Below are positions 44,396 to 58,420 of a DNA stretch of 64,000 bases, piece by piece (position 1 is the stretch's first letter; each line of letters starts with the position of its first letter). Made by a program: the position numbers and the translations under genes. This stretch comes from the human T2T-CHM13v2.0 reference genome, Homo sapiens. The notes under the pieces are model-generated. The model was not told where the DNA came from and ran no database searches. It worked only from the letters and a program-made list of their open reading frames with translations. The DNA is taken from NCBI RefSeq assembly GCF_009914755.1, contig NC_060930.1; one strand, 5' to 3'.

Positions 44396-44779
44396 TAAAA
44401 ATTTATATTTTATATATGGGGCTAATAAAACAAGAATCATCAAAAAATTAAATCTAAAAATTGGTAACCTATTCTTACTTCCCCTTTTAATGACTCAGTG
44501 AATTTCATCTGACCTGGACTGTGAACCTCAAGAGTGCTGGGAGACTGCAAACGTTCTCATGCAACCAGTGAAATGTTGATGGGATGTCAAAACTATGTGA
44601 CTCTAGGGGCTGTGCTCAGTATAACTTTAGGATTTACCATGTTGGTCTCAGTGACCAAAGAGAGGATATGACAGTGAGGTTGCTTCACTCACTTTGGCCA
44701 ACCATGTTTGTTGACCAAAGGAAAAAAAGATTATTCCACTTAATAAAATGGATGGCATCCATGTCTGGAGCAGGACCAC

Positions 44780-44960
44780 ATCCCAGGCACTTTTCACATG
44801 TTCTCTCACCACTAACCTGTGAGGACATATTGCTAAGCTCATTTCCTAGATGAGGAAACTGAGGTTCAAAAAATGAGTCACTTTTTCTAGTTCAGATAGC
44901 AAATGGTGAGCTGTGAATTCAATACAAATCTGGATGGTTCACAACTTGCACTTAGAACAT
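44780..44960 (-). mobile_element. MIR
   Basis: ctcatttcctagatgaggaaactgaggttca. Confidence 0.8.
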
Positions 44961-45119
44961 TTGTCTTGGCACACACCCTCTGAGGAAAAGGACTGAACAG
45001 CACTTTCAAGGACATAGAGAAGACCCAAGTGAGGGTGATAGTGTTTCATGAAGCCATTCCTACCTCTAGACAGACTGTCTGGGCATCCAGAGCCTCCGCC
45101 TCAAACATGCCCAAGGGAG

Positions 45120-45420
45120 TTCTGCAGAACTGCGAGTAAATAAACAGAGCAAACCCTGTTGCAGGAACACCACTGAGCTATTCGGCATAAAATTCGTGTC
45201 CCTTTGTTTACTCAGCAGCTTATGCATGGAAGCCAGAGGGCACTGAGATGCCGGGATCTTGTTCTCCAAGTGCCTGCAGCTCAGGCCTGCCTGCTGTCAC
45301 AGCGGGACAGGCAGCCTGTGTGGAGGGTCACATGTCAGTGAGTAATCACTAAGAAAAGCAACTCTCTGAAGGGCTGATCAACATGTCAGGGTCAGGACGC
45401 GCCACACAGATGTGTAAATG
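45120..45420. promoter_or_regulatory. Candidate enhancer/insulator: forkhead cluster plus CTCF-like site
   Basis: GTAAATAAACA 45136, CATAAAA 45186, TGTTTAC 45205, AAGCCAGAGGGCACT 45230; several retained CpGs in unique sequence. Confidence 0.45.
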
Positions 45421-47026
45421 TCTTTGTGTGTGTGTTCGCATTTTAAGTACCTATTAAGATCTGTCAAACATGATCAAGCATCTTTAATTAAGTGCCTGGG
45501 CCAGTTCATATGTACACACATGCAACTGTTCGTTTCTACCCACTTGTAACTTGATAAACATTTTCTGTGGAATTTTATGTTCACTTATTTACCTAAGCAA
45601 GTAAATAAAATACATATTGAAGGTATTTTTTTCCTCTGGTCTACTGTAGGTATTCCAAGAAATATTTTTCTATTTCATGTACATAAAACTTTCTCTCCAA
45701 CTACTCATGCAGCCAAATTCAAATTCAGAATCTAGAGATGGGCGAACTGTCACTAAATTGTCAAATATCTCTTTTGTTTTAAATACTTTGGCTAGTGGTT
45801 GAAACAATGCGATATATCTAGCACGACTTCTCTTAATTTTTAATCCAATGTGTATTTCAAGGGGAATTTAATCCATCTGGTTCTCATTCACTTACTCTTA
45901 ACTCATCAAAGTGGTACTTTGCAACTGATGTTTGATGTCCAAAATGGCTTATGGGTTTTTAAGTCTTTATAGAGATCTTCCCTGCCTGCCCATTTGTCCT
46001 CTCCACAACACCAGTGATAATGAAGAAGTTATATTTTGTTTACCTGACATAGTTTCAAATGACCAGAAAGGTACGCTTGACCAAATGTCAAAGCTCTCAG
46101 CCCTATGAGGTCACGATTTTGGAGTGTGATAAAGTGCAATGACCTGGGTGGCACGTTGCTGGAGGCTGCACATGTTGCTCATGGGCAGAGGCCATGTACT
46201 CTGTGCTGTACCTTGGCTTGAGGTCCATGCCCACAATGGATGTCCCTAGGCACCGGGACCTGTGATCTGAAACTTCTTTCATGTAGCACTCCACACATAT
46301 GATGCCACAACCTCTTCCACCCCTGTAGCACACACACACACAAAGCATTCTCATCACATGTGTTGTCTATGATCACTTCAAAACAAGTTTTTAACTCAAG
46401 AAAGCCCTGTTGTATCAGGAGAAAAACACATTCAGCTGCTCCTGCTGTTCAAATTCTACCAATAAGAAACTTTCTGCCGTCTTCTCAGGCCTTGGTACTT
46501 CCCCAGGTCTCTCGAAGAATGACCACAAAATGCTTAAATATCTCTCAGAAGAAGAAAACGCAGTCTACCATTTCAAAAACAGTTGCAGGATTTGGGCACC
46601 AGAAGTAGTCTTTCAGATCATGTAGTCTTTAAAATGTTAACTCTCCAGGTATCTGAATAGGAAATTGTTCATCACATTTCTGTATTTTGTTCTTTCTTTT
46701 AAATGTTTAGTGATGTGTAGTCATGACCTTAGCCAGCTTCTCCACTCATTAGTCACTCAATAAACATTTAGTGAGCACCTACATTGAGTCAGACACTGCT
46801 AGGCCCTGAGGTTTTCAGAACGCAATCCTGTCCTGATAAGAGCCACTCATGGATCGCCTGCCCATTGAAAGCTGGCAGCCCAGAGACCCCTGTCCTGATG
46901 ATGCTGTGCCCTTCTGAACCAGTCTCAGGTATACACACGTGGGTCCTGAGCAGATAGAGCTAAAGGGCTGCCTGCTCACCAGTCACAAGAAAAACAGTCT
47001 CCTGAGCTTCAAATTATTCTTTGTTT

Positions 47027-47700
47027 TGGCAGAACAGAAAGGTGGAATATATTTTCTCATCCATCACAGGATCACGACCAACACTCCTATAACAAAAGAC
47101 AGGTAAACAAGAAAAAAGCATAATGCATTTATTTAATAAAAGTTTTACATGACATGAGAGCCTTCAGAAGAGAAGATGCGAAGACCTAGAGGAAATTGTT
47201 TTTATGCTTCAGTTCAATAAAGAAGGGACAGTCTTGTAGAAATGTGATTGGACCAAAAAGGTATGATCTAAGGATAATAGAATGAAGGGAGGAAACCAAC
47301 AAGGCCTGTCTCTTCAGGTAATTCCTGGCCTCTCTGTGCAGCATTCCTTCCTCCTGGGTATGGAGCAGGACCCTGCTGGAACCAGGCTCTTAATGACCTG
47401 ATAGGTCAGAGAGTTTCTTTATGGCCAGCTCTAACACAGAAAGGTGGGGAGAAGTTAGGGTAATATGTCTAGGTTTTATGGCTGGTTTTGGGGAGAGGGG
47501 TTATAGTTTCTGTGACCCACCTTGGAGGAAAAAAAAATCTGGTTTCTACTACTCACTTTGGGGGAGAAAAAGGGGTGAGAGACAGAAGGGCAGGAGATCA
47601 CAGAGAACTTCCTTCTGAAACCCCTCCAATTTCCTTCAGTTCAAAATATTCGCCATATCAAGGCGTCATACTTTGTAATATTGTGTTCTGAGCTCCAACA
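47027..47700 (-). mobile_element. ERV1-class solo LTR (MER31/MER67 group)
   Basis: TG...CA termini with perfect 4-bp TSD gttt; minus strand begins tgttggagctcagaacacaat; cctataacaaaagacagg...aacaaga. Confidence 0.88.
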
Positions 47701-47772
47701 GTTTCCAATATCAAAGACCAAATGTATGAACATTTATATAAACTCCAGTACTCCACATATGACAGCGCAACA

Positions 47773-47830
47773 TTTCATCTCAACCCTCAGCACATTGAGG
47801 TGCTCAGTTTCATCTCAACCCTCAGCACAT
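47773..47830. repeat. Exact 23-bp direct repeat, period 35
   Basis: tttcatctcaaccctcagcacat at 47773 and 47808. Confidence 0.9.
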
Positions 47831-47850
47831 ACTGGTGCTTTTCTGTCTTA

Positions 47851-48060
<210 letters not shown>

Positions 48061-48929
48061 AAGAAGGTAGTAATTCATTACTTACAATTCTGCCTTTGTG
48101 ATAACTAGTGGTACTTTTATCAGTTCAAAGAAATATAGAGTTTTCTTTTTTGAAGTGACTTATGCTAGATATTCCATCTCGCTTAACAACTGCATTTTAT
48201 CATTATACCAAAAAGGGAAAGTTTTCAGGCTGCTGATTCATATCCCAGTGAGGTCATCTGAATTTTGGGGGACCTCAAATAGAAATCATATGGGGGAAAG
48301 AATGAGCCTAGCTCAAACCAGACAGGCTGAGAGCTTATCTTGCCAGGACATAGGCTCCCCGGTGGGTGGGGGAGATGGCCATTGCTGCCTTTCTTTCCTT
48401 CCCCACTGAATTTAAGCAGATGCAGTTAGTCACTGTGCAAAGGAGTATGTGCAAATCTAAGTATTCATGTTTATGTGTGGTTGTCAGGTCTAAATCAGCC
48501 AGGCAGTAATTTCTCTGGGAGCCCAATGTAGGCACTAAATTTTGCACTCAACCACCGAATGGTCCACATGCCCCTTAATCTGTCTTCCTGCAGGAGGGCT
48601 CCCTTGGCACCATCCTGCCTGAACTTGGGGCCAGCCTTTCACTGGAGCCCCTTCCCGTGAATTATGGCCTACAGCATGGGGGCTGAATAGAAAAAAAAAA
48701 AAAAAAAAAACCCTCCAGAAATTCAACTGGAAGGGCTGACCGGAATTCAACCTAATGTTGAGAATAGCAGGAAAGCTTCTATTATTCTACTTCATTCTAT
48801 CTGCTATGAGGCAGTGCGGCGCCTGGAGTCTGACTGAGCTTAACTCATTTCCCTGGATTTCCGAGTCACAGCCATGGTGCCTGCTAAAGCCAAATATCTC
48901 ACTCCTGAGACTCACTACACTTCCTGATA

Positions 48930-49075
48930 GGATGCACTTGCGTGTCTCCTAGTGACCTTAAACACTAATAAAGGAGTCATAATATGACCTAGACAAGACC
49001 TAGGAGCCAATCAGAATGCAAATGATTGATGGGAGTGCTTTTGGTTATCTACTGTTTGTCCTGACGCTTGGCGTG
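48930..49075. promoter_or_regulatory. Candidate promoter/enhancer: abutting CCAAT box, octamer and PBX-HOX motif
   Basis: AGCCAATCAG 49005, ATGCAAAT 49016, TGATTGATGG 49023; TGACCT half-sites upstream. Confidence 0.4.
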
Positions 49076-50136
49076 GTTCTTTGTATTATGATTGTGTGGG
49101 CAGTAGGCTTAAAAATACATACAGGCATTGCTTTCCACATTGTTGAAGGTTAATCCTAAGGTGTGGCAAAGAAACTATATTTTATAGACTGGAACCTCAT
49201 GGGCACCAGCTAGTTTTTGCTCTTCCTCTTCCTGGCTTGCTGGAAGGATGACAATAGCACTTTGGAAACAATTCTTAAATGTAAATTGTCTCTAATTCTA
49301 GGCATGGGGTTAGAGGAGCAAATTCTCTGATTTGCATTGCTGACTGCTTTGATCTCTGCTTGCCCTCCCTCAAATGTTGTTATCAAAGTGATTAGCATTT
49401 CTGCAGAAAGATCGTGAATTCAACATCCTCTCCCTTCTTCTTTTAGTGTATTTATATTCCAAAATAAGACAAATGTTTGGTCTGATGCATTATGTGAATC
49501 TATGATTAAAATATCCACTCAAATTATGAACCAGGACCTGGGAGATTGTTGGAGTCATCTCTTATGTTTGCTGGTTGTCACATTTCAGTGTCTTTCAGCT
49601 CAAATTCCTCTTTTTGAGGAAGGCTTTTTATATTGCTATTATTCCTATCCCTGTCAACTTAATACATTTAGATTCAGAAGGTCAACTTATATCAAGCTGT
49701 GCAGAGTGCAGGGTACCTGAATGTTAGTTGCCCTTTTGTATTTGAAAAGCAACTGCTAAATAGTCAATCTGCAGGGAGTTTTGTGTAACCTATCCTGGAA
49801 ATTTTAATCTTCCATTCTTTGGGAACAATGGCCTAAGGTGATCTATCCCAGCTCTAACCAGGAATGGTCATGCTACATGAGCAAAAGCAAATGATTTTGG
49901 ATTCCTCCATATAGTGTACCAGAGTCAGACTGGAATGGCATGTCTACTTTCCACGACAGCAGCTCCCAGCAGGCAAAGACTATGCTGCAAACATCCCAGC
50001 TCCTTCTGTTAGCCATGATGAGTTTATTATTTATTGAGCCCTTCATCAACCTATTTATACTTTTATCCTCTATTGCCTCTTTGGGTTTTCTATTTTAATC
50101 TGTACTATTTGGCAATTTGATGAATAAGTTACGCTA

Positions 50137-50552
50137 CACTATTCATAATAGCAAAGACATAGAATCAACATAAATGTCCATCAGTGGTAAACTGGATAAA
50201 GAAAATGTGGTACATATACACCATGGAATACAATGCAGCCATAAAAAAGAACAAGATCATGTCTTTTGCAGGAACATGGATGGAGCAGGAGACCATTATT
50301 CTTAGCAAACTAACACAGAAAGAGAAAACCAAATACTGCATGTTGTCACTTATAAGTGGGAGCTAAATGATGAGAACACATGGATACATAGAGGGCAACA
50401 ACACACACTGGGGCCAATCAGAGGGTGGAGGCTAGCAGGAGGGGGAGGATCAGGAAAAATAGTAATGGGTTCTAGGGTCCCCATGACACACTTTACCTAT
50501 GTAACAAATCTACACATGTACCCCTGAACTCAAAAGTCAAATTAAAAAAAAA
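50137..50552 (+). mobile_element. L1PA (PA13-like) 3' end
   Basis: ORF 50184-50366 WIKKMWYIYTMEY is the L1 ORF2 end; 3' UTR ggatcaggaaaaat...tttacctatgtaacaaa and A-tail. Confidence 0.95.
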
Positions 50553-50860
50553 TTACAATTATAGTAAAAAAAACTTTTTTACAAGGACACTGGTGTAAAT
50601 ATAAAATGAAAAAAAATTAAGGTGCACTAGTTAAAACTGCTAGTGAATTCCATAGAGATTACATGCCTCTGAGTCTGTGTTCAAAGACTTCAAATGCCAG
50701 GTTTCTCCACATCGTGATACCAGGTGAATTTAGTACAAGCATATATATCACAAATCCAACAAATAACACCAATACCCTTAGAAACAACTGTGAAAAAAGA
50801 AGAAATCTTAAAGCCGCTGCCTTATGGTGGCCTCTATATTTTGTTGTTGCTACTGTTTAA

Positions 50861-51406
<546 letters not shown>

Positions 51407-51704
51407 TTTATTTGAGAAGACTACAGAAAGTAATAGGAAGCCATAAAAAATATGTAGCCACAGTCTTCTCATATTGATCTTCTTGGGGCCTCAGAATAAA
51501 TGGATTCTTTTTTAAAAAAAAAGTTGTTCTAAAATTTCCCATCAAGATGTCATATATTTCTAATGTATTTCCCTTTGATACTCCCATTTCTGTGCTGAAG
51601 AAACCCACTTTTTTAAAGTCTGTTCTATTAGATTCCGATTTAACTAATATTTTTGAGTTCCACTTTGTGCTGGGCACTGGGCACAGTGTTAGATTCATTC
51701 TCTA

Positions 51705-51955
51705 ACAATAATAATAATATCTAACACTTATTATGTGCTTACTGCATGCCAGGATTGTTGAAACAGTTTACGTGAATTGTCTCATTTAATTCTTTCAACC
51801 ATCCCATGAAGATTTTTATCTCATTTTCTGAGAATAACCTTATAGATTTATGTTGTAATCCTTACTATATAGATGACAATGCTAAGCTTCAGAGAATTTT
51901 AAGCACCTTGCTCAAGGCCAAGGACCAAGAACCAAGAACCAAGATTAACAACCAC
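51705..51955 (-). mobile_element. MIR
   Basis: ctaacacttattatgtgcttactgcatgccagg...tctcatttaattctttcaac...ttgctcaaggcca. Confidence 0.8.
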
Positions 51956-51958
51956 ATC

Positions 51959-52572
51959 CTTTTTTTTTTTTTTTTTAAGAGTCAGGGTCTCCCTCTGTCA
52001 TTCAGGCTGGCGTGCAGTGGCACAATCATGGCCCACTGCAGCCTTGAACTCCTGGACTCAAGGGAGCCTCCCACCTCAGCTTCCCAAATAGCTGGGACTA
52101 TAAGCATGTGCCACCATGCCCAGCTGAGGTTTGTTTGTTTTGTCTCTGTTTTGAGACAGAGTTTTGCTCTTGTTGCCTCAGCTGGAGTGCAATGGCGCGA
52201 ACTTGGCTCACCGCAACCTCTACGTCCCGGGTTCAAGTTATTCTGCCTCAGCCTCCCGAGTAGCTGGGATTACAGGCATGCGCAACCACGCCCGGCTAAT
52301 TTTGTATTTTTAGTAGAGACAGGGTTTCTCCATGTTGGTCAGGCTGGTCTCAAACTCCTGACCTCAGGTGATCTGCCCACCTCGGCCTCCCAAAGTGCTG
52401 GGATTACAGGTATGAGCCACCATGCCCAGCCCCCAGCTGAGTTTTTCAAATATTTCGTAGAGATAGGGTCTCACTATGTTGTTCAGGCTGATCTCAAATA
52501 CCTGGCCTCAGGCTATCCTCTTGCCTCAACCTCCTGTGTGGCTGGTATTACAGACATGAGCCACATCGCCCC
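51959..52572 (-). mobile_element. AluJ split at its linker by a nested AluSp
   Basis: J right arm 51959-52125 and left arm 52433-52572. Confidence 0.92.
52133..52431 (-). mobile_element. AluSp nested in AluJ
   Basis: Sp-type gttttgctcttgttgcc, tgcaatggcg, gtttctccatgttggtcagg; TSD cccagctgag(g/t)ttt at 52119 and 52432. Confidence 0.93.
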
Positions 52573-52760
52573 ACAATCATATCCTTACCCATATTAGCAT
52601 TCTCCATCCCTTTTATTGCATAAATCCATAGTAAACTAGTTTTAATTCTATTGGGTGCTTGCCTCATCTAAATAATTCTTAGAGATCAGTTGTTTCTAAT
52701 TTGTTATACAATTGCTTTTAAAGTAAATTTTTGAATCACTCTTCTTTCTCTCTGTTGCAG

Positions 52761-53420
52761 ATTGATACTGACACATAAAGAAGTTAACCTGATGCAGCAT
52801 CTGAGTAAAACACAGTGTAATTATAGAACAGCAGACCCAACCATCAAATACATAATATGTTATAAACATAGTTTAATTCTCATCAACTAGAAAGTTAAAA
52901 ATTCCATGTTCTACATAAATACTTAATACACAACCATGGTTAGTACCTCTGGAATTTACTTTAACTCATTTGCTGTGTTTGGTTACTCACACTTTGATTA
53001 TGGAAATGTTATGAAATAGTAGTGATTGTCTATTGAAAGGAAATTCTCCATAAAATCTGGAGCAAGAAATGGAAATGAAGTCTTTAAAATTATTTAAATA
53101 TGTACATGTTCAAAGGGCCTTTCCTTTCACTTTCTTTTAAATTCATGCCCATTTCCTTAATCCTTTCTTCCACAGACTTTTTTTCCATTCTTTTAATCAC
53201 CTTTGAATGCCCTGCAAATTCTGTTTCTTTCAAGTTATGAAGCATAGGAAAGGGCACAATTTACCAACACTGAGTCAGACATGGAGACTATCCAAAGGAT
53301 CTCACACTCTCCTCTTATATTCTAAATTCCCTATATTGTGCTTTCAATGAAACACCATAGGGTAACATGAGTTTTGCTGGGGTTTCTTGCACCTTCAGAT
53401 TAAAATTTACAAATAAATGG
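52761..53420 (+). other. Candidate terminal exon; 3' end uncertain
   Basis: Strong acceptor tcactcttctttctctctgttgcag|A followed by AT-rich unique sequence, no consensus donor noticed nearby, AATAAA at 53412. Confidence 0.3.
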
Positions 53421-53870
53421 TTCTACAGTTTGATTGTATCCCACAAATTCCATGTGTTGGAAACTGAATTCCCAATGTGGCAGTCTTGAAAGGTGGGGGG
53501 CCTTTAAGATGCGATTGGATCATAAGGGCTCTGCCCTCACGAATGGATTAAGTCATTTGTGGATTAATGGATTCGTGGGTTAATAGATGAGTGGGTTAAT
53601 GAATTAGTGGATTATCATGAGAGTGGGACTGGTAGCTTTATAAGAAGAGGAGGAGAGACCTGAGGTACCACCCTCAGTGCCCTTGCCAAGTGATACCCTG
53701 GGCTGCCTCAAGGACTCCTCAGCAGTCCCCAACATCAAGAAGGCTCTCAGCAGATGCAGCCCCTCAGATTGGAACTTTTCAGCCTCTATAGTTTTAAGAA
53801 ATAAATGTCTTTTAAAAAATTACTCAGCTTTAGGTATTCTGTTATAAGCAACAGAAAATGCACTAATACC
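53421..53870 (+). mobile_element. MST (MSTC/D-like) solo LTR
   Basis: catgtgttggaaact...gggctctgccctcacgaatggatt...ggtattctgttataagcaacagaaaatg; TSD aatgg/tatgg. Confidence 0.9.
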
Positions 53871-55374
53871 TATGGTTTAGTTTTGTCTTTGAATTAGACC
53901 ACTTTTCCTTGCCCACTTACTCTCAAACTTGGATAGGTTTTGTTTTTGTCTGTTGTTCACTTTAGAAGCATCTGCACACTTTGTGTTTGCTCTGTTCTCC
54001 TATCTAAAACTTTCATTTTAAACATGATCTGAGGATCATAACCCGTAGAATAAAACATTTCCCCAGGATGCCACGGTGACCTAGTAATAATACCCCTCTC
54101 TGAGTTTGTAGCCCAATCCTGAAATATAGTTGGTGCAAATTTTCATATGGGAATAACATCCTCAGAAGGCATCATGCCACTTGTTTTTTTTAAATTAATA
54201 AGCTCCTAACATAAATTTGATGTCATTTGCAGATGAGAAAATGGGGCTTGATGAAGTTGATTGCTTCAATGATGCAACCAGTCCTGCTTGAACTCCTCTC
54301 TGTCTGGAGGAAGGAAGGCAGAGACTCTAGAAACATACATGATTCCCACAGCATGTATGTGCTGAGGAAGAGACTGAGTGGGTCTTGGCTTCAGGCAGGT
54401 CTGTACTCTACTGTGATATCAGCAGCACTCATCCTTGAATCTCCAAGAGCTTGTCTTCCTTCAAAAGGCTGATTCAGACACAGAGTCTAGACTTGTTTCT
54501 CTTTTCTTAAAAGTACACATCAGGAAGAAAACCTAAGGCCTCTTGTAAAAACATCACTGACATGCTTCCTGGTGATTTCTCAGCAGCTATTTGTCCCCCA
54601 GATATATTTTTTCACTGCCATTTCACCCAATGTTAATTGAAATGCTAAACTAAATGTTTAGCCATCCTTGCATGCATGGATAATTAATAAACTGATTATA
54701 AAATTATAGTGATGAGGGATTACTAAGCCATGATAAATTACAATCATTATTTCAGTCTTGACTATAAAGATTATTATAAGGATGATAGAGGTTTCTTATG
54801 GATTTTTAGTCATTTACACATAATGAAGTAAAAATGTCTTTTTCAATTTTCAAATATGTCACCGAAGCCAAAATTGGATCTTGTCATTTTTAAGTTTTGT
54901 ATATGCTTGATTTCTGTTGTATTTGTTTCAGATTGTGTTTGCTTCATGAAAAGGATGTTTTCTTTTTTCAGGTAGTGAGGGGTTTAACTACATTTTATTT
55001 CTCCCAAAAGCTTATTAATCTTGGCAATAAAAATTCTATATTTCTCCAGCAAAATCTAAGATGCTTACCTCAAAGCAGCTTTTGAAGTTATTTCTATCAG
55101 TATTGTTCTGATTATGCTGTGAGGAGCCTGAGGAATTCCTCAGAGACACCTGAGGACAGGGGCAAGGAAAAATATCAGAGTAGACTGGGATGGGGGAGGA
55201 TGGAGATGGCTCTTGCAGTCGTGAGGAACTCACCTCTGGTTGAGTTGAGCAGTTCCACTTTTGATCTGTGTTGCATGTTGGACTTTTACATAAGGTTTTA
55301 TTTGAAGAAAGATCCATGTGGTACCATGAATATTAATAATATTAACTAATAATAATATTAACTAATAATCAAAA

Positions 55375-55480
55375 GGACTTGAAATCCAATGATTAAATAC
55401 CTAAATTTTATAAATGAGGGAACTGAGCTTCAGAGAGAGTAAATAACTTGTTTAACATAACACAGCTAGTAAAAATTTGC
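55375..55480 (-). mobile_element. MIR core
   Basis: attttataaatgagggaactgagcttcagagagagtaaataacttg...cacagctagtaa. Confidence 0.75.
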
Positions 55481-58099
55481 CTGAATTAATTATTCCTAAA
55501 AATTAAAAGGCTATGATCAACTTAACCAATATTTATCAAATGCCTACAAAGGAAAAGGCACTATGCCAGGCCTCCAGGGAATAAAGAAAATAACAACGTC
55601 ACACTTCAAGTAAATGGCAGAATCAAGGCATGAATCTGAATCTTCTTACCCCAACTAGAGTGCACTTTCCACTATAGCAGTATGCCCCGAATTTGGTTTA
55701 TGAACACCTAGTCTTTCAGGATGATCTTCCACTTGAAAAATTCAATTGAAGTTTTGCATTGCATTTTAAAGGGTATGAGAAGTCCTATAGTAAAGAAATG
55801 TGCTTAGACTACAGTTCCAAAATTTATTACCATGGAATACTATTCATGTCATATGTATTTATATCCCAAAGAATGCAATTTGAGAAATTCTGCACTATCA
55901 TAGCTCTCTTTATTAGATTTGAAACTGAAATCTAGCAGAGTCTTCTTTTAAAACCTACATTTCCATGGTTTACATGTAACTGTGGCTTGAGAAATGTTAA
56001 TCTCAGTGATAAGTGTTAGACTGGATATACTCTTTATATACACATACACATATTGTATGTGGATGTTACAGAAAATACTATGTCCAAATAAGCATAAATT
56101 AAATGCAGTATACCAACTGTTAACACAGTATTGTGTTTGCTTTAAAGTTGGCTCACACCTGTTTAATATTTGTCATGAAAATCTCAATGCAGTTTTTATT
56201 CCTTCTAAACATTTAATGCCAGCATTATAATTCACTGGAAATGTTGAATTAATTTTAGTAAAATAAGGACTGATTAATACCTCTAGTCCAATTTTCAGAT
56301 AAATGACTTTCTGCAAAAGGAAAATCAATTTGTTTTTCTTATAAAACACACACACCTTGCTGCATTTTGTTTTGGTCAGAATGTTAAATATAAAAAATAA
56401 TAAATAGCAAAATTTCCCCCAAAAATTCATTTCAGGTACACCGAACAAAAATAATGCCATAAACCTTGGAAGAGAACCTGTTCTCGCAAGACCAATTTTT
56501 CAGGATCAAAAGTGTTTATATAAGCTCACAAATTTTGGATCTTTTCCAAGACTAAATCTCCAACACTTCTGAGGTTGGCCCATCACTAATATTTACAATA
56601 TATTTGACATTTCATGGGATGGACTCACAGGCCTTTATGATAGGCAGCTTCCTAATATGACAGAGTGCCAGAACAATTTGCTGTGTGTGCGAAAGGCAGT
56701 AAGATGGCACTGGCATTTTGCAACAGGAAGGAAATGATCTGTAGGTACCTTGAGCCTGTTGTATCTTGTCAGTTTTGTTAGTTGAGAAATGTCATTGGGG
56801 ACCCATTAGTACATAGGCAGCCGTGACGCCCACCTGAGAAGCACTCCTTGCCAAGTGATTTGAGACCTGTGTTTGGGCAAGGTTCCTTTTCATAGTATTA
56901 CATTGCATTACAGAAAACTTACAGAAACAGGCCCTCACGCATGCTGATTCTTAACCCTTTATAAGACCTAGCATGATGCCTTACATTTATTAGGCCATTA
57001 TAATAAGATTTTTCAACAGGCTCATGCCCTTACCAATTGGTACATGTAAAATAAAGTGTATTCTGAACTCTTTTATCACACATCCCTCTAATACCCCATT
57101 TATCACTGTGTTTAATTTTATTTTTTTCCAAAGTCTGGTCATTCCTAACAATGCTTCTGATGACTGCATAATTATTACACTTTCATTGCCAAGGACAGAA
57201 ATAGGGTAAAGCCACAGATGCTTTTTCTCCTGCCAAATTAGGATTATCCTCCAAAATCTGTATTATTACTTGGCCTCTTTTAAGAGACCCATTTCTTTGG
57301 ATTGTGAGGGTTCACACCTGTAATATGCATGCTCAAGGTTCTGTAATCTTGAAAGTTGTTTTGTGAGATCAAGCATAGGAAACTCTATTAGGTATGACAA
57401 AGATGGGTAAGATATGGATCCTGCTCTCGGAGAGCTTCAATCTAATTGTAGATTCAAGACAAACACATATACATGGGGCACCACTTACCAAACCCCAATG
57501 AAAGCACTATTGTAGAAGTGGTTCAGATGCTTGTATTGACCAAAAAAAAAAAAAAAAAAAAAGAGAAGAGGATTGATATTCATATGCTTCCTTCGTTAGA
57601 GAATATGAGATTCGCATGAGCAGAGACTATCCGGATTCAACATGCCACCTTCAAAAGCCAAAACCAGGCTCTGCACTGTCCCCAGCTTCTCCCACCCCAG
57701 CAGCACTGTATTCTTCTGAGACTCATGTGTTTCCTTTTGCTCATTCTAACAATGTCCATGGCTTTACCCTTTTCTTTTGCTACACTGCCATAGCCTTGCT
57801 CTTTACAGGAATCTGACCTTTCACTCCCCAGAGTTCTGCAGCATGATGAGAAAGAGACCAATTTAAAAAAAAAAAAAAAAAAAAACAATAGAAGTGAGCA
57901 CACCCACAAAGATGACTCCAATTGGACTTCTCTTCCCCTGAGTGATTCCATGTTTATTAATGTGCATGGTAATTTATAACTTGCAGTCCTGTAACATGGC
58001 CTTAGGCTATTTCCAAGGCAGCTCCCAGGAGATTAGAAGGCAGCTTTCAGCAGTGAAACATTTAAGGAGGCAAGCAAGAGTTGCCTCAGAGTCCAGCCC

Positions 58100-58420
58100 T
58101 GTCGGAATATGTCCTGTATAGCAAGGCTGCCAGTTGAAGGAAATAATTACAAGTGGCTGCCTAACTGCCATGGCGATAGAAACTTAACCCAAGTGTTTTC
58201 AGGTAACTGCCAGCCTTGGGCCTGGCCACCTGCCATGGGCCCCACAGCACACGGCCCTGTGTGAAGTGGGTGTTTTACAGCAAGTGACAGCAACGCAGCT
58301 GTTTGCATTAGAATTTAACCTAGGTATGCCAGACAGCTGTGCCAAAGCACGTCCTACTGCTTCATTAATTCAAAAGCAACTGGCATTAAAAAAACCATTT
58401 GAAACTGACCGCTGGTTTCA
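58100..58420. promoter_or_regulatory. Candidate enhancer with repeated MYB-type and RFX-like motifs
   Basis: CAGTTG 58131, TAACTGCCA 58162 and 58204, CAACTG 58377, actgccatggcgat 58164. Confidence 0.35.

Noticed and set aside
51806-52597. Longest ORF in the window (263 aa)
   Set aside because: Entirely MIR plus nested antisense AluJ/AluSp; the peptide is the usual antisense-Alu translation ([26 protein letters not shown])
55128-55143. Perfect 16-bp palindrome ctgaggaattcctcag
   Set aside because: About one is expected by chance in 64 kb (64000/4^8)
57541-57890. Orphan poly(A) tracts (also 48691-48710) as possible processed-pseudogene tails
   Set aside because: No TSD or mRNA-like body found upstream
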